A stretch of DNA of 62,357 nucleotides, taken from Candidatus Saccharimonadia bacterium. GTDB taxonomy: Bacteria; Patescibacteriota; Saccharimonadia; CAILAD01; JADZBC01. Position numbers and translations under genes: made by a program. The notes beneath the pieces are model-generated. The model saw nothing but the letters and a program-made list of their open reading frames with translations, did not search any database and was not told the origin of the DNA. How positions within the stretch are numbered: position 1 is the first letter of the stretch; the number at the start of each line of letters is the position of its first letter. The DNA lies in assembly GCA_041907025.1 (NCBI GenBank), contig JAYRIB010000062.1, positions 1-62,357 on the forward strand, written 5' to 3'. Below, one piece after another: positions 8,033 to 17,137 of this stretch.

Positions 8033-8455
8033 CTACCTCTTCTGTTTTGGCTTACTGTTACCATCGTGTGACTCGACGTCTCTAGTGGGTTCGAATACAT
8101 CCTCACCTGATTGGGTGCGGCTCTTGGGCATACGTGCTCCTGGCTCAGTAAATACTTCGTCTGCCACACCTACTGGCATAATGTCGGTTGGGTTTTCGAG
8201 CGTTGGGCGTGGAGTTACTTCGGTAGAGACTGCCTGGCCACCGCTCGACAATTCTGTAGCGAGGTGTTGGTCACGGCCATAAACCTCCGTACGTCCGTCG
8301 TATAACTCCCCGTGTGCTGTCATACCACTTTCGTCGTGATACGTTTCTGCGACAAAATCCCCCTTCACACCGGAGGCCGATGCTCCAGCCATTCGCTCGG
8401 TCGAGGAACTTTGTTGTGCTTTTAGAGTGCCTGAACTTGGTTCGGTGAACGTCAT
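8033..8455 (-). CDS. Hypothetical Ser/Thr/Glu-rich protein
   Basis: Start moved to the ATG at 8455 (MTFTEPSSG...), which follows AAGGAG by 5 nt. No domain recognised. Confidence 0.5.
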   Translation of the reverse strand: MTFTEPSSGTLKAQQSSSTERMAGASASGVKGDFVAETYHDESGMTAHGELYDGRTEVYGRDQHLATELSSGGQAVSTEVTPRPTLENPTDIMPVGVADEVFTEPGARMPKSRTQSGEDVFEPTRDVESHDGNSKPKQKR

Positions 8456-8574
8456 GAATCTCCTTTTTGTTTTTGTGATGTTGCTACCATTATAGCAAAC
8501 CATAAGCGTCTTGTCAAGTTGACTCTAGTGTTCCCCTTCTGGAACTTGAGCGTGGTTTGAGCTATACTTTGGCC

Positions 8575-10953
8575 ATGGAATCATCTATGCCGAAGGCGTA
8601 TTCGCCGGCTCATTATGAAGAGCGTTTGTACAAACTGTGGGAAGAATCGGGAGCATTCAAGCCCAACTTGGACGCGCCTAAATCTCCCTTTAGCATCATT
8701 CTGCCGCCGCCTAACGCCAACGGCAACCTACACACAGGCCATGCAATGTACGTGGTCGAGGACATTATGGTGCGCTACCGCCGCATGCAGGGCCACCCTA
8801 CCCTATGGCTCCCAGGAACCGACCATGCAGGGATTGAGACCCAAGTGGTGTTCGAGCGCGAGCTAGCTAAGGAAGGTAAGAGCCGCTTTGACTTCACCCC
8901 GAGTGAGTTCTACGACGCCGCCCTTGCCTACACTAAGCAGAATCAACACAACATTATCACCCAACTTAAGTCGCTTGGTTTCTCACTCGACTGGAGCCGG
9001 CTCAAGTTTACCTTGGACGATGACATTATTGAGACGGTTTACGATACCTTCAAGCGTCTCGAAGCCGATGGGCACATTTACCGTGGTGATCGGATTGTAA
9101 ACTGGTGTCCGCATTGCCGATCGAGTTTTGCTGACATCGAAATTAAGCACCGTAACCAGATTGACCCGCTCTACTACGTAAAATACGGGCCGTTTGTAGT
9201 AGCCACGGTGCGCCCAGAACCAATGTTCGCCGACACCGGCATTGCCGTTCACCCAGAAGACGAGCGCTACCAGCAGTGGATTGGCAAAGAAGTAGAAGTT
9301 GATCTACTCTGGGGTCCACGTAAGCTCAAGGTGGTTGGTGATCGGCACGTTGACCCTGACTTTGGGACTGGCGTGGTTAAGGTTACGCCTGCGCACGACC
9401 CGAATGACTGGGAAATGGCGCAACGCCACGGTCTAGAAGTAATCAGCGGCATCGGCACCGACGGACTCCTAACCGAGGCAGCTGGACGCTATGCCGGCAT
9501 GCCGGTTACTGAAGCGCGCGACCAGATAGCCCACGACCTGGAAGAAGCGGGTTTAATCGACCACATCGACATGAACCGCGAGCACTCCATTGCCTACCAC
9601 GACCGCTGCGGCAACCTAATTGAGCCACTAGTCACTGAGCAGTGGTGGATCAAGGTGGAAGAACTTAAAAAGCCGGCCATCGAGGCTGTAAGGAACGGTG
9701 AAATCAACATCGTGCCAGCTCGGTTCAAGAAGTCCTACATAGATTGGCTCGAGAACCTACGGGACTGGAACATTAGCCGTCAGAGCTGGTTCGGCATTCA
9801 CATCCCTGTTTTTTATAACGCTAGTGGCGACAAGACCAAGAAGCCTTACCTAGTTACCAACGACGAAGCCGAGGCGACCGCCTACTACGGCGAAGGCAAC
9901 TACGAGCGCGAAACCGACACCTTCGACACTTGGTTCTCAAGTAGCCAATGGCCGTTTGCGACCCTCATGGCTACCGGTGACTTCGATACTTTCTACCCCA
10001 CTACCGTCATGGAAACTGGCCGCGACATCCTCTTTCAATGGGTTACACGCATGGTTATGCTAGGCACCTACCGCACAGGTAGGGTCCCGTTTGAAAACGT
10101 CTACCTGCATGGGCTCGTTAATGACGCTCACGGCAAGAAGATGAGCAAATCCAAGGGTAACGTACTCAACCCACTTGAGCTCACCGAAGAATATGGAACT
10201 GACGCGCTGCGCCTGGCCCTCACCATCGGCATCACTCCAGGTAACGACGGGGCTTTATCCGAAGAAAAAGTTATTGGCTACCGCAACTTTTGTAACAAGC
10301 TGTGGAACGTGGCGCGGTTTGTGCTTAGTAAACTAGAGGTCGACTATTCCCCTGCTGCGCCCGAGCTCATCAGCAACGCCGACCACTACATGGCGCGCGA
10401 GCTAACCGAGACCAACGCCCTCGTGACCAAGGTCATCGAAGCCTACCGCTTCTCCGAAGCTGGCCAAGCGCTCTATTCCCTTCTGTGGGACAAGTTTGCC
10501 GACCGCTACATTGAGTACTCTAAGTCCGAACTCAACCCTGCTATGCTGGCTACTACGCTGGAGACCATTTTGCGCCTACTCCACCCGATTGCTCCATTCG
10601 TGACCGAAGCGCTGTGGCAAGAATTGCCGTGGACTGATTCCCAGCTTATTACCGAACGCTGGCCGAATATCATTCTGGAGCACGACGACGTCAAAGCCGA
10701 CAAGTTTGAACGTGAAATAATCGAGGTTCTAGCCCAGAAAGCTGCGGGGGAGACCGAACAGCGTCGCAAGGCCCTGGAGCGCGAACTTGCACTCAAGCAA
10801 AACGCGGTGCGCATCAGCGAGCACAAGCTGGCGAGTAAAGCCTTTGTAGCCAACGCACCAAGTGAAGTTGTAGAGGCCGAGCGTAAGCGGCTTGAAGATG
10901 CTAAAATAGCAGTGAAGGAACTGCAATTGAGCATCGATCAACTTGAAGACTAA
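8575..10953 (+). CDS. valS: Valine--tRNA ligase
   Basis: HIGH-region PPPNANGNLHTGHA, KMSKS motif KMSKSKGN and a C-terminal coiled coil. Start ambiguous: ATG at 8575 or 8587 (the track starts at TTG 8557). Confidence 0.93.
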   Translation: MESSMPKAYSPAHYEERLYKLWEESGAFKPNLDAPKSPFSIILPPPNANGNLHTGHAMYVVEDIMVRYRRMQGHPTLWLPGTDHAGIETQVVFERELAKEGKSRFDFTPSEFYDAALAYTKQNQHNIITQLKSLGFSLDWSRLKFTLDDDIIETVYDTFKRLEADGHIYRGDRIVNWCPHCRSSFADIEIKHRNQIDPLYYVKYGPFVVATVRPEPMFADTGIAVHPEDERYQQWIGKEVEVDLLWGPRKLKVVGDRHVDPDFGTGVVKVTPAHDPNDWEMAQRHGLEVISGIGTDGLLTEAAGRYAGMPVTEARDQIAHDLEEAGLIDHIDMNREHSIAYHDRCGNLIEPLVTEQWWIKVEELKKPAIEAVRNGEINIVPARFKKSYIDWLENLRDWNISRQSWFGIHIPVFYNASGDKTKKPYLVTNDEAEATAYYGEGNYERETDTFDTWFSSSQWPFATLMATGDFDTFYPTTVMETGRDILFQWVTRMVMLGTYRTGRVPFENVYLHGLVNDAHGKKMSKSKGNVLNPLELTEEYGTDALRLALTIGITPGNDGALSEEKVIGYRNFCNKLWNVARFVLSKLEVDYSPAAPELISNADHYMARELTETNALVTKVIEAYRFSEAGQALYSLLWDKFADRYIEYSKSELNPAMLATTLETILRLLHPIAPFVTEALWQELPWTDSQLITERWPNIILEHDDVKADKFEREIIEVLAQKAAGETEQRRKALERELALKQNAVRISEHKLASKAFVANAPSEVVEAERKRLEDAKIAVKELQLSIDQLED

Positions 10954-11833
10954 GCTCCACCCCAAAACTCCATTCTTCGTGATTGCTGGCGCCACACTTG
11001 TGGCGGCTAGTTTGCTTATTGTGCTGTCGATGCCACGGGTTCTGGCCTGGCGCGATGCACAAACCAACGCCCTCATTACCAAATCCAAAGCAGCTAGCGC
11101 GGCCGCGCAGCGCGAAGAATACCTCGCCCAAGCTGCCATCGTGGGGTGGGGTAGGGAAGCCGCACCAAAGGCTCTAGTCGACTACTACGTGTCGATCGGC
11201 CGCTACGACAAAGCCTGGCGGGTATTGCAAAGCTGGCCACTGAAGCCCAATTACACCCAACTTGGTGGCTACGCCCTCAAGTCCCAAGACTATGGCGCCG
11301 CCCAGCGCTTCTACGCCCGTGCCATTGCTCAAAAGGGGACAGCCGAAGCCTACGTGGGCCTAGCCGCCGCGCTGTTTAACAAAGGGGATAACAAGAATGG
11401 CTGCGCCAATGCCGCTAAGGCCAACAAGCTCGACCTTGGTAGCCCAGCGGCGCAACAAGTCGCCGTAGCTTGCATTATTCTTGAGCCCCAGCAGACAGCA
11501 TTGCTGCCAGGCGATTATCCGCAGAGTCAAAGCACGCAGCTGCAAACTGACCGCGGAATGGGGCAATTCTTACTCAGCAACCGCATTTATAGCGTAGGTG
11601 AAGATCGCCTCAATGCCAGTTCGCACAAGACGGCCGACGACTGGCTAGCCCTCGCCCTGGTGGCCAACGCTCGTGGCGACTACGACCTGACCGTGCAGCG
11701 AGCAGAGCGGGGTATTGCCCTTGATCGGTCTAACGCTGCATTAAACACCTTACTCGCGCAGACATATCGCACTCTAGGTCAAGACAAAGCGGCCCTATAC
11801 GAAGCTCGGCTCAAATCCCTGCCCAAAGACTAG
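10943..11833 (+). CDS. Membrane-anchored TPR-like repeat protein
   Basis: N-terminal TM helix (FFVIAGATLVAASLLIVL), then Ala/Leu/Tyr-rich helical repeats (e.g. ARGDYDLTVQRAERGIALDRSNAALNTLLAQTY). The TTG start overlaps the valS stop, so the start is uncertain. Confidence 0.65.
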   Translation: MKTKLHPKTPFFVIAGATLVAASLLIVLSMPRVLAWRDAQTNALITKSKAASAAAQREEYLAQAAIVGWGREAAPKALVDYYVSIGRYDKAWRVLQSWPLKPNYTQLGGYALKSQDYGAAQRFYARAIAQKGTAEAYVGLAAALFNKGDNKNGCANAAKANKLDLGSPAAQQVAVACIILEPQQTALLPGDYPQSQSTQLQTDRGMGQFLLSNRIYSVGEDRLNASSHKTADDWLALALVANARGDYDLTVQRAERGIALDRSNAALNTLLAQTYRTLGQDKAALYEARLKSLPKD

Positions 11834-12058
11834 CTAGGTTCATATGAATTGACAAATCCAAAAAATGTGTCCGTATAATATTCGGTTTACCTCCTATGCT
11901 AGGCGGAATAATATGCAGGATATATGCCAGATTCCTAATCCCAAAAGTTGAACCGAACCGCTGGTTAGCGGTGTTTGATTGATAAGAAGGAAGAACACCC
12001 AGATAGCTGGAGTGGAATCTCGAAGAGATTTCGCGTAAACTATATGGTGTTCTGACAC

Positions 12059-12152
12059 GGAGAGGTACCCAAGTGGCTATAAGGGGACGGTTTGCTAAAC
12101 CGTTAGTAGGGAGCAATCTCTAGCGAGGGTTCGAATCCCTCCCTCTCCGCCA
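12059..12152 (+). tRNA. tRNA-Ser (anticodon GCU)
   Basis: Acceptor stem GGAGAGG/CCTCTCC, anticodon stem-loop ACGGT-TTGCTAA-ACCGT, long variable arm, T-arm GAGGGTTCGAATCCCTC, encoded CCA. Confidence 0.9.
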
Positions 12153-12162
12153 GGAGAGAGCT

Positions 12163-12192
12163 GGTCACACGCAAGTGTGGCCGTTTCTCTTC
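12163..12192 (+). terminator. Hairpin plus U-tract directly after tRNA-Ser(GCU)
   Basis: GGTCACAC-GCAA-GTGTGGCC followed by GTTTCTCTTC. Confidence 0.55.
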
Positions 12193-12274
12193 TGAATGAA
12201 GAAAAGGATTCGGGCCCGAGGAGGGTCGGTGTAGAGAGCCTGCCTTCTGGGCGAACGGAAGTGGCGTAGCCACC

Positions 12275-12291
12275 ATCCCTCCCTCTCCGCC
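12275..12291 (+). repeat. 17-nt direct duplicate of the tRNA-Ser(GCU) 3' end (att-like footprint)
   Basis: ATCCCTCCCTCTCCGCC is identical to 12134-12150. It is preceded by the hairpin GTGGC-GTA-GCCAC plus C, and followed by a second terminator (GCTGG-TCA-CCAGC TTTTT, 12307-12324). Confidence 0.8.
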
Positions 12292-12362
12292 CTGCAAAGC
12301 GCCGGTGCTGGTCACCAGCTTTTTGTATTGTTGACTTATATGCTTGCTTGTAGTATAAACAT

Positions 12363-12869
12363 ATGGTCATAAGATCGCACCCCGAAAACTGGAGTACTGA
12401 TTTGCCTACTGCAATCGTTGGTATTGGCCTCCCGGCCAGCGGCAAGACCACCACGCTCAAGCAGCTCGCGACTGAAAAGGGCGCTGCGTACATCTGCGCA
12501 GACGACATCCGTGAGCAGCTCAGCGGCAGCGCCAAAGATCACTCGCGCAACGACGATGCTTGGAGCATTATCTATCGCAAGATTGAGGCTGCCCTGTTGG
12601 AGGGCCATGATGTGGTCGTTGATGCCACGAACGCCAAAGTGAAGGATCGCCGACAGATGGCGCGCTTCTGCAGCAACCTTGGTGCGAAGACGATCGGCTA
12701 CTGGTTCGTGACGCCCTTGCGCGTTTGCATGAGGCGCAACCAGGCGCGAAAGCGCGTCGTGCCAGATCGGGCTATGCGTCGAATGGATTACTGCCTGCGT
12801 AGCGCTCCGCCCGACTTGTCCGACGGCTTCAGCAAGATCGTCAAGATCTTCCCTCCCCAGGGATCGTAG
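12363..12869 (+). CDS. P-loop kinase (AAA_33 / polynucleotide-kinase-like ATP-binding protein)
   Basis: Walker A GLPASGKTT. VVVDATN and the RRNQAR region are typical of small AAA_33/zeta-like kinases. Followed by the hairpin CCGCCCCCT...AGGGGGCGG. Confidence 0.7.
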   Translation: MVIRSHPENWSTDLPTAIVGIGLPASGKTTTLKQLATEKGAAYICADDIREQLSGSAKDHSRNDDAWSIIYRKIEAALLEGHDVVVDATNAKVKDRRQMARFCSNLGAKTIGYWFVTPLRVCMRRNQARKRVVPDRAMRRMDYCLRSAPPDLSDGFSKIVKIFPPQGS

Positions 12870-12970
12870 TCCACCTTTCCGCCCCCTCCAGAGATCGTCT
12901 GAAGGGGGCGGTTTCACGTTATAGGTGGAAAATAATGCTAGATTTGGTAAACTATAGCCTAGCTACTTAA

Positions 12971-13060
<90 letters not shown>

Positions 13061-13203
13061 ATAGAAAGAGTCCGAGCACGTCTCGGGCTTTTTCTATGGT
13101 AGACTAGGTAAGAACCCAGGTTCGGTGGAGTAACGCGCGCAGCGTCAATGCCAAGCTCGCTTGCGCTTTGACCAAGCACGTTACGAAGGTCGCGGCAGCG
13201 ACC

Positions 13204-13221
13204 ATCCCACCCTCTCCGCCA
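13204..13221 (+). repeat. 18-nt direct duplicate of the tRNA-Ser(UGA) 3' end (att-like footprint)
   Basis: ATCCCACCCTCTCCGCCA is identical to 13043-13060. It is preceded by the hairpin GGTCGC-GGCA-GCGACC. The junction ACC|ATCCC is the same as at 12272-12279. Confidence 0.8.
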
Positions 13222-13230
13222 TGCAATTAT

Positions 13231-13587
13231 ATGAAGAACGCAAACGTACAACTTAAACAATCAACCAAGGCTAAGCCGAAGGAGAAGTACTGGCACATTT
13301 ATGCCGGTAAGCTTAGGACTGGGCATGTGGCTATAAAAGAATCGCACAATGAGGAATTGGGCGACCACTACTCAGTAGATATCCACATTAACCAGCGCCA
13401 TCGCGGCAAGGGGATTGGCAAAGCCGCCTACAAGCAGGCGAGCGTGAAGAGTGGCTACCCCACTATTTACGCCCATATGCGTAAAACCAACTTGGCATCG
13501 CAAAAGGCTGCCGAAGCAGCTGGCTACGCGGTTATTCCCCTCGAGAACGATAAGCAACTGACCATGAAGTGGGAACGCGAAGCCTAA
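13231..13587 (+). CDS. GNAT-family N-acetyltransferase
   Basis: 118 aa from the ATG at 13231. The acetyl-CoA motif QRHRGKGIGKAAY (R/Q-x-x-G-x-G/A) and the C-terminal N.AS.K..E..GY are typical of GNAT proteins. Confidence 0.75.
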   Translation: MKNANVQLKQSTKAKPKEKYWHIYAGKLRTGHVAIKESHNEELGDHYSVDIHINQRHRGKGIGKAAYKQASVKSGYPTIYAHMRKTNLASQKAAEAAGYAVIPLENDKQLTMKWEREA

Positions 13588-13655
13588 GACTTGTCGACAT
13601 CGCGCTGGCTTTGTAGCATAATTGGAAGTGATAAAGCATAGGCGCAATTAGGACA

Positions 13656-14378
13656 ATGGACGAAGACGCAAAACCAGGGGTAGTGTATAGGCCAACAGCT
13701 GCAGAGCCGCATGTGGCTGATTCGGGCATGGGCGCCAACCAGCCCATGAGTGCCCCTGTGGCCGCACCAGAGCCCGCTCAAGTAACGCAAAGCCCTCAGC
13801 CGCCTAATTCACCGCCCCCCGTCCAAAACCCCACTCCAGAGCCCGTAGCGTCACCACAACCAGTGCAAAATATTGACGAGGATGACGAAGAGGCAGACGA
13901 TGCCCAACAAGCTGCGGCCGAAACCACCCTCATGAGCTGGAACGCGCCTGAGTTTACCTTTACCAACAAACCCGCCGGTTGGTACGTCCTCCTAGCCCTA
14001 TTCTTTATGGCCATGATTGGCCTCGCCATCTATACCCAGCAGTACCTCACCATCGGCCTTTTGGTACTCATGTGCATTTCGCTTATCATTTACGCCCAAC
14101 GCAAGCCACGCACCCTGAACTACACCATTACCACCCATGGCGTGTATGTAGGGGAGAAGTCCTACCCGTTCGACAGTTTCTCTTCTTTCTACGAAATTAG
14201 CGACTACGGCCAACGAGTGTTTGAGCTGGTGCCAAGCAAGCAGTTGGGCACTCTTGTGTCTCTGCCAATCCAAGAGGGCGAGGAGCGCACCATCGAAGGC
14301 CTGCTAGGCAGCGTGTTGCCCAAAGTTCCACCCCGCAATGATCTGATCGACCGCCTGCTGCGCGCCATGCGGTTCTAA
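13656..14378 (+). CDS. Membrane protein with a Pro-rich N-terminus and two TM helices
   Basis: 240 aa. PQPPNSPPPVQNPTPEP low-complexity region, then WYVLLALFFMAMIGLAIY and LTIGLLVLMCISLIIYA. The C-terminal ~100 aa may form a PH-like domain. Confidence 0.6.
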   Translation: MDEDAKPGVVYRPTAAEPHVADSGMGANQPMSAPVAAPEPAQVTQSPQPPNSPPPVQNPTPEPVASPQPVQNIDEDDEEADDAQQAAAETTLMSWNAPEFTFTNKPAGWYVLLALFFMAMIGLAIYTQQYLTIGLLVLMCISLIIYAQRKPRTLNYTITTHGVYVGEKSYPFDSFSSFYEISDYGQRVFELVPSKQLGTLVSLPIQEGEERTIEGLLGSVLPKVPPRNDLIDRLLRAMRF

Positions 14379-14483
14379 CTATTGTTCATCAGCTCTGTAC
14401 GCCAAGCTATGGCAACACTCCTCCTCTGCTAGCCTAATTTACTTATAGGCACGAATAGGGTAGAATAACGGTTGCTCCAACGT

Positions 14484-14560
14484 GTACCCGTAGCTCAGTT
14501 GGATAGAGCGTCGGCTTGCGGAGCCGAAGGCCGCAGGTTCAAGTCCCGCCGGGTACACCA
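14484..14560 (+). tRNA. tRNA-Arg (anticodon GCG as read from the loop TTGCGGA)
   Basis: Acceptor GTACCCG/CGGGTAC, D-arm GCTC-AGTTGGATA-GAGC, anticodon stem TCGGC/GCCGA, T-loop TTCAAGT, encoded CCA. The T-stem has one A-C mismatch. Confidence 0.8.
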
Positions 14561-14656
14561 TTGACTTATTCGAATATTTATGCTATTATAATCAGGTTCG
14601 CTATTTGGCGGAAGCAAGTTTCTATTTACATCCAAATCGACCAGGAGGTCATTCCA

Positions 14657-14986
14657 TTGAAGCGTTTCGCTGCAATGCTCGTCATGATGTGGGCGTTCCT
14701 GCTGGCAGTCCCTGCTTCGGCACAGGCTGGCCCAGCCGACCGTACCCCGCCTGGGTGTGCATCGCCCGACGATCACGTTGTGGTCGTGTGGAGTGAACTG
14801 AGTTGCCGCACCTTCAAGGTGATGCCGTATGTCGGCCCCACGTTCTACGTGGTCAAGGCAGGCGATACCCTCTGGGGTATCGCGACCCGGTTCTCAGGAG
14901 GCGGCAAGAACTGGAGAGACCTCTGCACCGACTACCGAGATGACCCGCGTCACCTCCCCATCGATTCGAAGGTGTACTTCTGCTAG
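14657..14986 (+). CDS. Small secreted LysM-domain protein, GC3-rich
   Basis: TTG start 8 nt after AGGAGG. Signal peptide MKRFAAMLVMMWAFLLAVPASAQA. LysM core YVVKAGDTLWGIATRF. The promoter TTGACT-17-TATTAT starts right after the tRNA-Arg CCA. Confidence 0.7.
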   Translation: MKRFAAMLVMMWAFLLAVPASAQAGPADRTPPGCASPDDHVVVVWSELSCRTFKVMPYVGPTFYVVKAGDTLWGIATRFSGGGKNWRDLCTDYRDDPRHLPIDSKVYFC

Positions 14987-14998
14987 GCGTTCACTCGC

Positions 14999-15038
14999 CC
15001 AGGCGGACAGAGAAGAGCAATCAACTCTGTCCGCCTGG
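14999..15038 (+). terminator. GC-rich hairpin after the LysM gene
   Basis: CCAGGCGGACAGAG-12 nt-CTCTGTCCGCCTGG. Confidence 0.55.
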
Positions 15039-15197
15039 CGGGCTCAACCCAAGTATTTAATGTGAATTGAATGTTTAGGTCGAGACTAAGTTAGTAAATC
15101 ACTCCGTAAGCTATGGCATTGACTTACTAGCACTTTTATACTATTGTATACTTATTCTGTGCATCCGTGAAGGATAATCGCCTACCGAGAGGTACCC

Positions 15198-15602
15198 ATG
15201 CAGATCAGCATGCATTTCAGCATCCTGGACGAATACACCGACGTCGATTCGATGCTCGCAGCCATCGACAAGATGAAGGTGGGTGACGTGTACCACATCA
15301 CATTCCACCGAGACCCCGACGACATCGAACGAGAGGAGCTTGACGCCGTGGCGTTCTGGCGCCTCTGCGGCGACCGGACAAACGGTGCGGTCATGCCGCT
15401 CGAGCTCATCTACGAGGCGCAGCGGCACAACCTCAACTTCGTGGTGAACCGCGTGGGCACCCACGGCTGGTCGGGCTGCTACTCCTACAAAGTCAAGGTC
15501 CGGGCCGTCACCGCCTTCCTTCGGGCTGGTCTTCATGGCCTGATCCGGCAAGGACGGATCGCCTCCATCGAGAAGTTGGAAGCCGTGACCGCGGCCGCCT
15601 GA
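15198..15602 (+). CDS. Hypothetical 134-aa protein, GC3-rich
   Basis: GAGAGG RBS 5 nt upstream and an upstream TTGACT-17-TATTGT promoter. The strong G/C third-position bias is on this strand only. No family recognised. Confidence 0.6.
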   Translation: MQISMHFSILDEYTDVDSMLAAIDKMKVGDVYHITFHRDPDDIEREELDAVAFWRLCGDRTNGAVMPLELIYEAQRHNLNFVVNRVGTHGWSGCYSYKVKVRAVTAFLRAGLHGLIRQGRIASIEKLEAVTAAA

Positions 15603-15609
15603 GCACCAA

Positions 15610-15671
15610 GGTTGCCAGACCTCAAAACTGGCACTACCCAAGTTCATAACGAAAGTTGTGAGTTTAGGTGG
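15610..15671 (+). repeat. Two-hairpin repeat, copy 1
   Basis: GGTTGCCAGACCTCAAAACTGGCACTACCCAAGTTCATAAC-GAAA-GTTGTGAGTTTAGGTGG. It starts 8 nt after the stop codon of the 15198..15602 ORF. Confidence 0.85.
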
Positions 15672-15756
15672 TTGAGCTACTACAACTGTTGCATTTGTGC
15701 AAAATTGGAATATACTCCTAAATACCTTCCATCCTTCCTTAGAAAGGCGATAGCAC

Positions 15757-16377
15757 ATGGGGGAGAACCTCAAAGCAAGCGGACCGCAATTCGAGACTTT
15801 CCTGGGCAACTTCATCTATACCGCCCGCTGGGTATCTGGGTGTATTGTAGGAGCTCCCCTGGTGCTGGCCTACTACGCAGCCGACCGTGGCCTACGGACC
15901 GCTCGCCTCGTTTTGTCAGTCCTGATTCTGGCCTGCCTGCTGGTGCCAACTGCGATTGGTGTGCACCTCGGCATCCAGTGGGCGCGGCAAGACACGATGC
16001 TGCGAGAAGCGTGGCAGCCCACGCTAGCCACTCTTGACGACATCGAACCGGAGCGGCCAGGAGATGCATACTCTCTGTGGTATAGCTACAGGTTGCCAAA
16101 TTCGGAAAAGGATTACTACCTGTCGCAACCGCTCAAACAAAGCGCGCACAAAGGAGACCAGATCACCATCTGGGTGTCGGCAACTAGTCCAGATGACATC
16201 TACCTCGAAGATCCCTCGCCGATGTGGCCGAACAGCAGTCCGGAGACGCCGATTGTAAACGGAGTTATGGGCTTCTCACTTGGCCTGTTGGCCCTAGGTT
16301 GGGCAACTTGGTCCTACCTGCAGGCCAAGTTAGCTCGTAGAGCAAATCGAAGGTTGGCTGCCGAAAGGACGGAGTAG
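15757..16377 (+). CDS. Hypothetical membrane protein with TM helices at both ends (possibly DUF3592-like)
   Basis: 206 aa, GC3-rich. N-terminal helices (CIVGAPLVLAYY, LVLSVLILACLLVPTAIGV), a soluble middle region, and a C-terminal helix (VMGFSLGLLALGWATWSYL). Own promoter TTGCAT-16-TATACT. Confidence 0.6.
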   Translation: MGENLKASGPQFETFLGNFIYTARWVSGCIVGAPLVLAYYAADRGLRTARLVLSVLILACLLVPTAIGVHLGIQWARQDTMLREAWQPTLATLDDIEPERPGDAYSLWYSYRLPNSEKDYYLSQPLKQSAHKGDQITIWVSATSPDDIYLEDPSPMWPNSSPETPIVNGVMGFSLGLLALGWATWSYLQAKLARRANRRLAAERTE

Positions 16378-16382
16378 CCAAA

Positions 16383-16445
16383 GGTTGCCAGACCTCAAAA
16401 CTGGCACTACCCAAGTTCATAATCTTTAATTGTGAGTTTAGGTGG
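16383..16445 (+). repeat. Two-hairpin repeat, copy 2
   Basis: The first 40 nt and last 16 nt are identical to copy 1. The loop-closing pair changes from C-G to T-A, and the loop from GAAA to CTTTA. It starts 6 nt after the stop of the 15757..16377 ORF. Confidence 0.85.
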
Positions 16446-16552
16446 CAGCTCATAGGTCATTGTTGTTACGGTTGATTATCATAAGGTAATTGTGCTCTAA
16501 TAGCCTAGATCGAATTCGGTCAAACTGTCCCCTAGATGGAGAAGTACCTAGC

Positions 16553-17137
16553 ATGAGAGCACTTTTGTCTGTGTATGACAAGGCGGGCATCGTTGAGCTG
16601 GCTCAACAGCTTCACGACCTCGGCGTTGACCTCGTTTCGAGCGGGGGTACGGCTGACGTCATCGAAGCAGCCGGGATTCCCGTAACGCGGGTCGCCGACC
16701 TGACTGGCTACCCGGCCATGTTGAGCCACCGCGTTGCCACGCTCCACCCGAAGATCCACGGTGGCCTGTTGGCCGACAGGGACAACCCCGAGCACCTGGC
16801 CGAGGTCGAGAGGTACGAGATCCCCTTGATCGACCTGCTGGTCGTCAACCTCTACCCCTTCACCTCGGAGCCGTCGATCAAGCAGATCGATGTGGGTGGA
16901 CCGGCCATGATCCGTGCAGGTGCCAAGAACTATGCCTTCGTCGGAGTGGTGACTGACCCCGCCGACTACGACGTGGTGGTGAGCGAGATCAAGTTGTTCG
17001 GCAACCTGATGCTCAGCAGCCAACAACGGCTCGAGCTGGCTCGGAAGGCATTCGCCCACACCGCCGAGTACGACACCGCCATCGCTGCCTGGTTCCAGGA
17101 CGTGACCATCGATTCCGACGTCGGAAGCAGCACTTAA
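16553..17137 (+). CDS. Stand-alone PurH N-terminal domain (MGS-like IMP cyclohydrolase domain) with no AICAR transformylase domain
   Basis: 194 aa. ALLSVYDKAGIVELAQQL..GVDLVSSGGTA....G.PVT.V...TG.P.ML..RV.TLHPKIHGGLLA...VVNLYPF matches the PurH IMPCH domain. The ORF ends just after the domain boundary (AEYDTAIAAWF). GC3-rich. Confidence 0.75.
   Translation: MRALLSVYDKAGIVELAQQLHDLGVDLVSSGGTADVIEAAGIPVTRVADLTGYPAMLSHRVATLHPKIHGGLLADRDNPEHLAEVERYEIPLIDLLVVNLYPFTSEPSIKQIDVGGPAMIRAGAKNYAFVGVVTDPADYDVVVSEIKLFGNLMLSSQQRLELARKAFAHTAEYDTAIAAWFQDVTIDSDVGSST

Noticed and set aside
12153-12291. The 139-nt insert as a second, intron-containing or degenerate tRNA. It begins GGAGAGA and ends CTCTCCGCC.
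   Set aside because: No D-arm, anticodon arm or T-loop can be drawn. The 5' GGAGAGA sits directly ahead of the GGTCACAC-GCAA-GTGTGGCC terminator, so the acceptor-like complementarity is best explained by the duplicated 3' end alone.
15141-15815. A long minus-strand ORF (224 aa), and similar antisense ORFs at 16532..17143, 19332..19829, 20553..21266 and 23482..24180.
   Set aside because: These are typical stop-poor antisense frames of GC3-rich genes. They lack RBSs, run across promoters, terminators or the two-hairpin repeat, and translate to Arg/Gly/Pro/Val-rich low-information sequence. The plus-strand frames carry the recognisable domains and RBSs.
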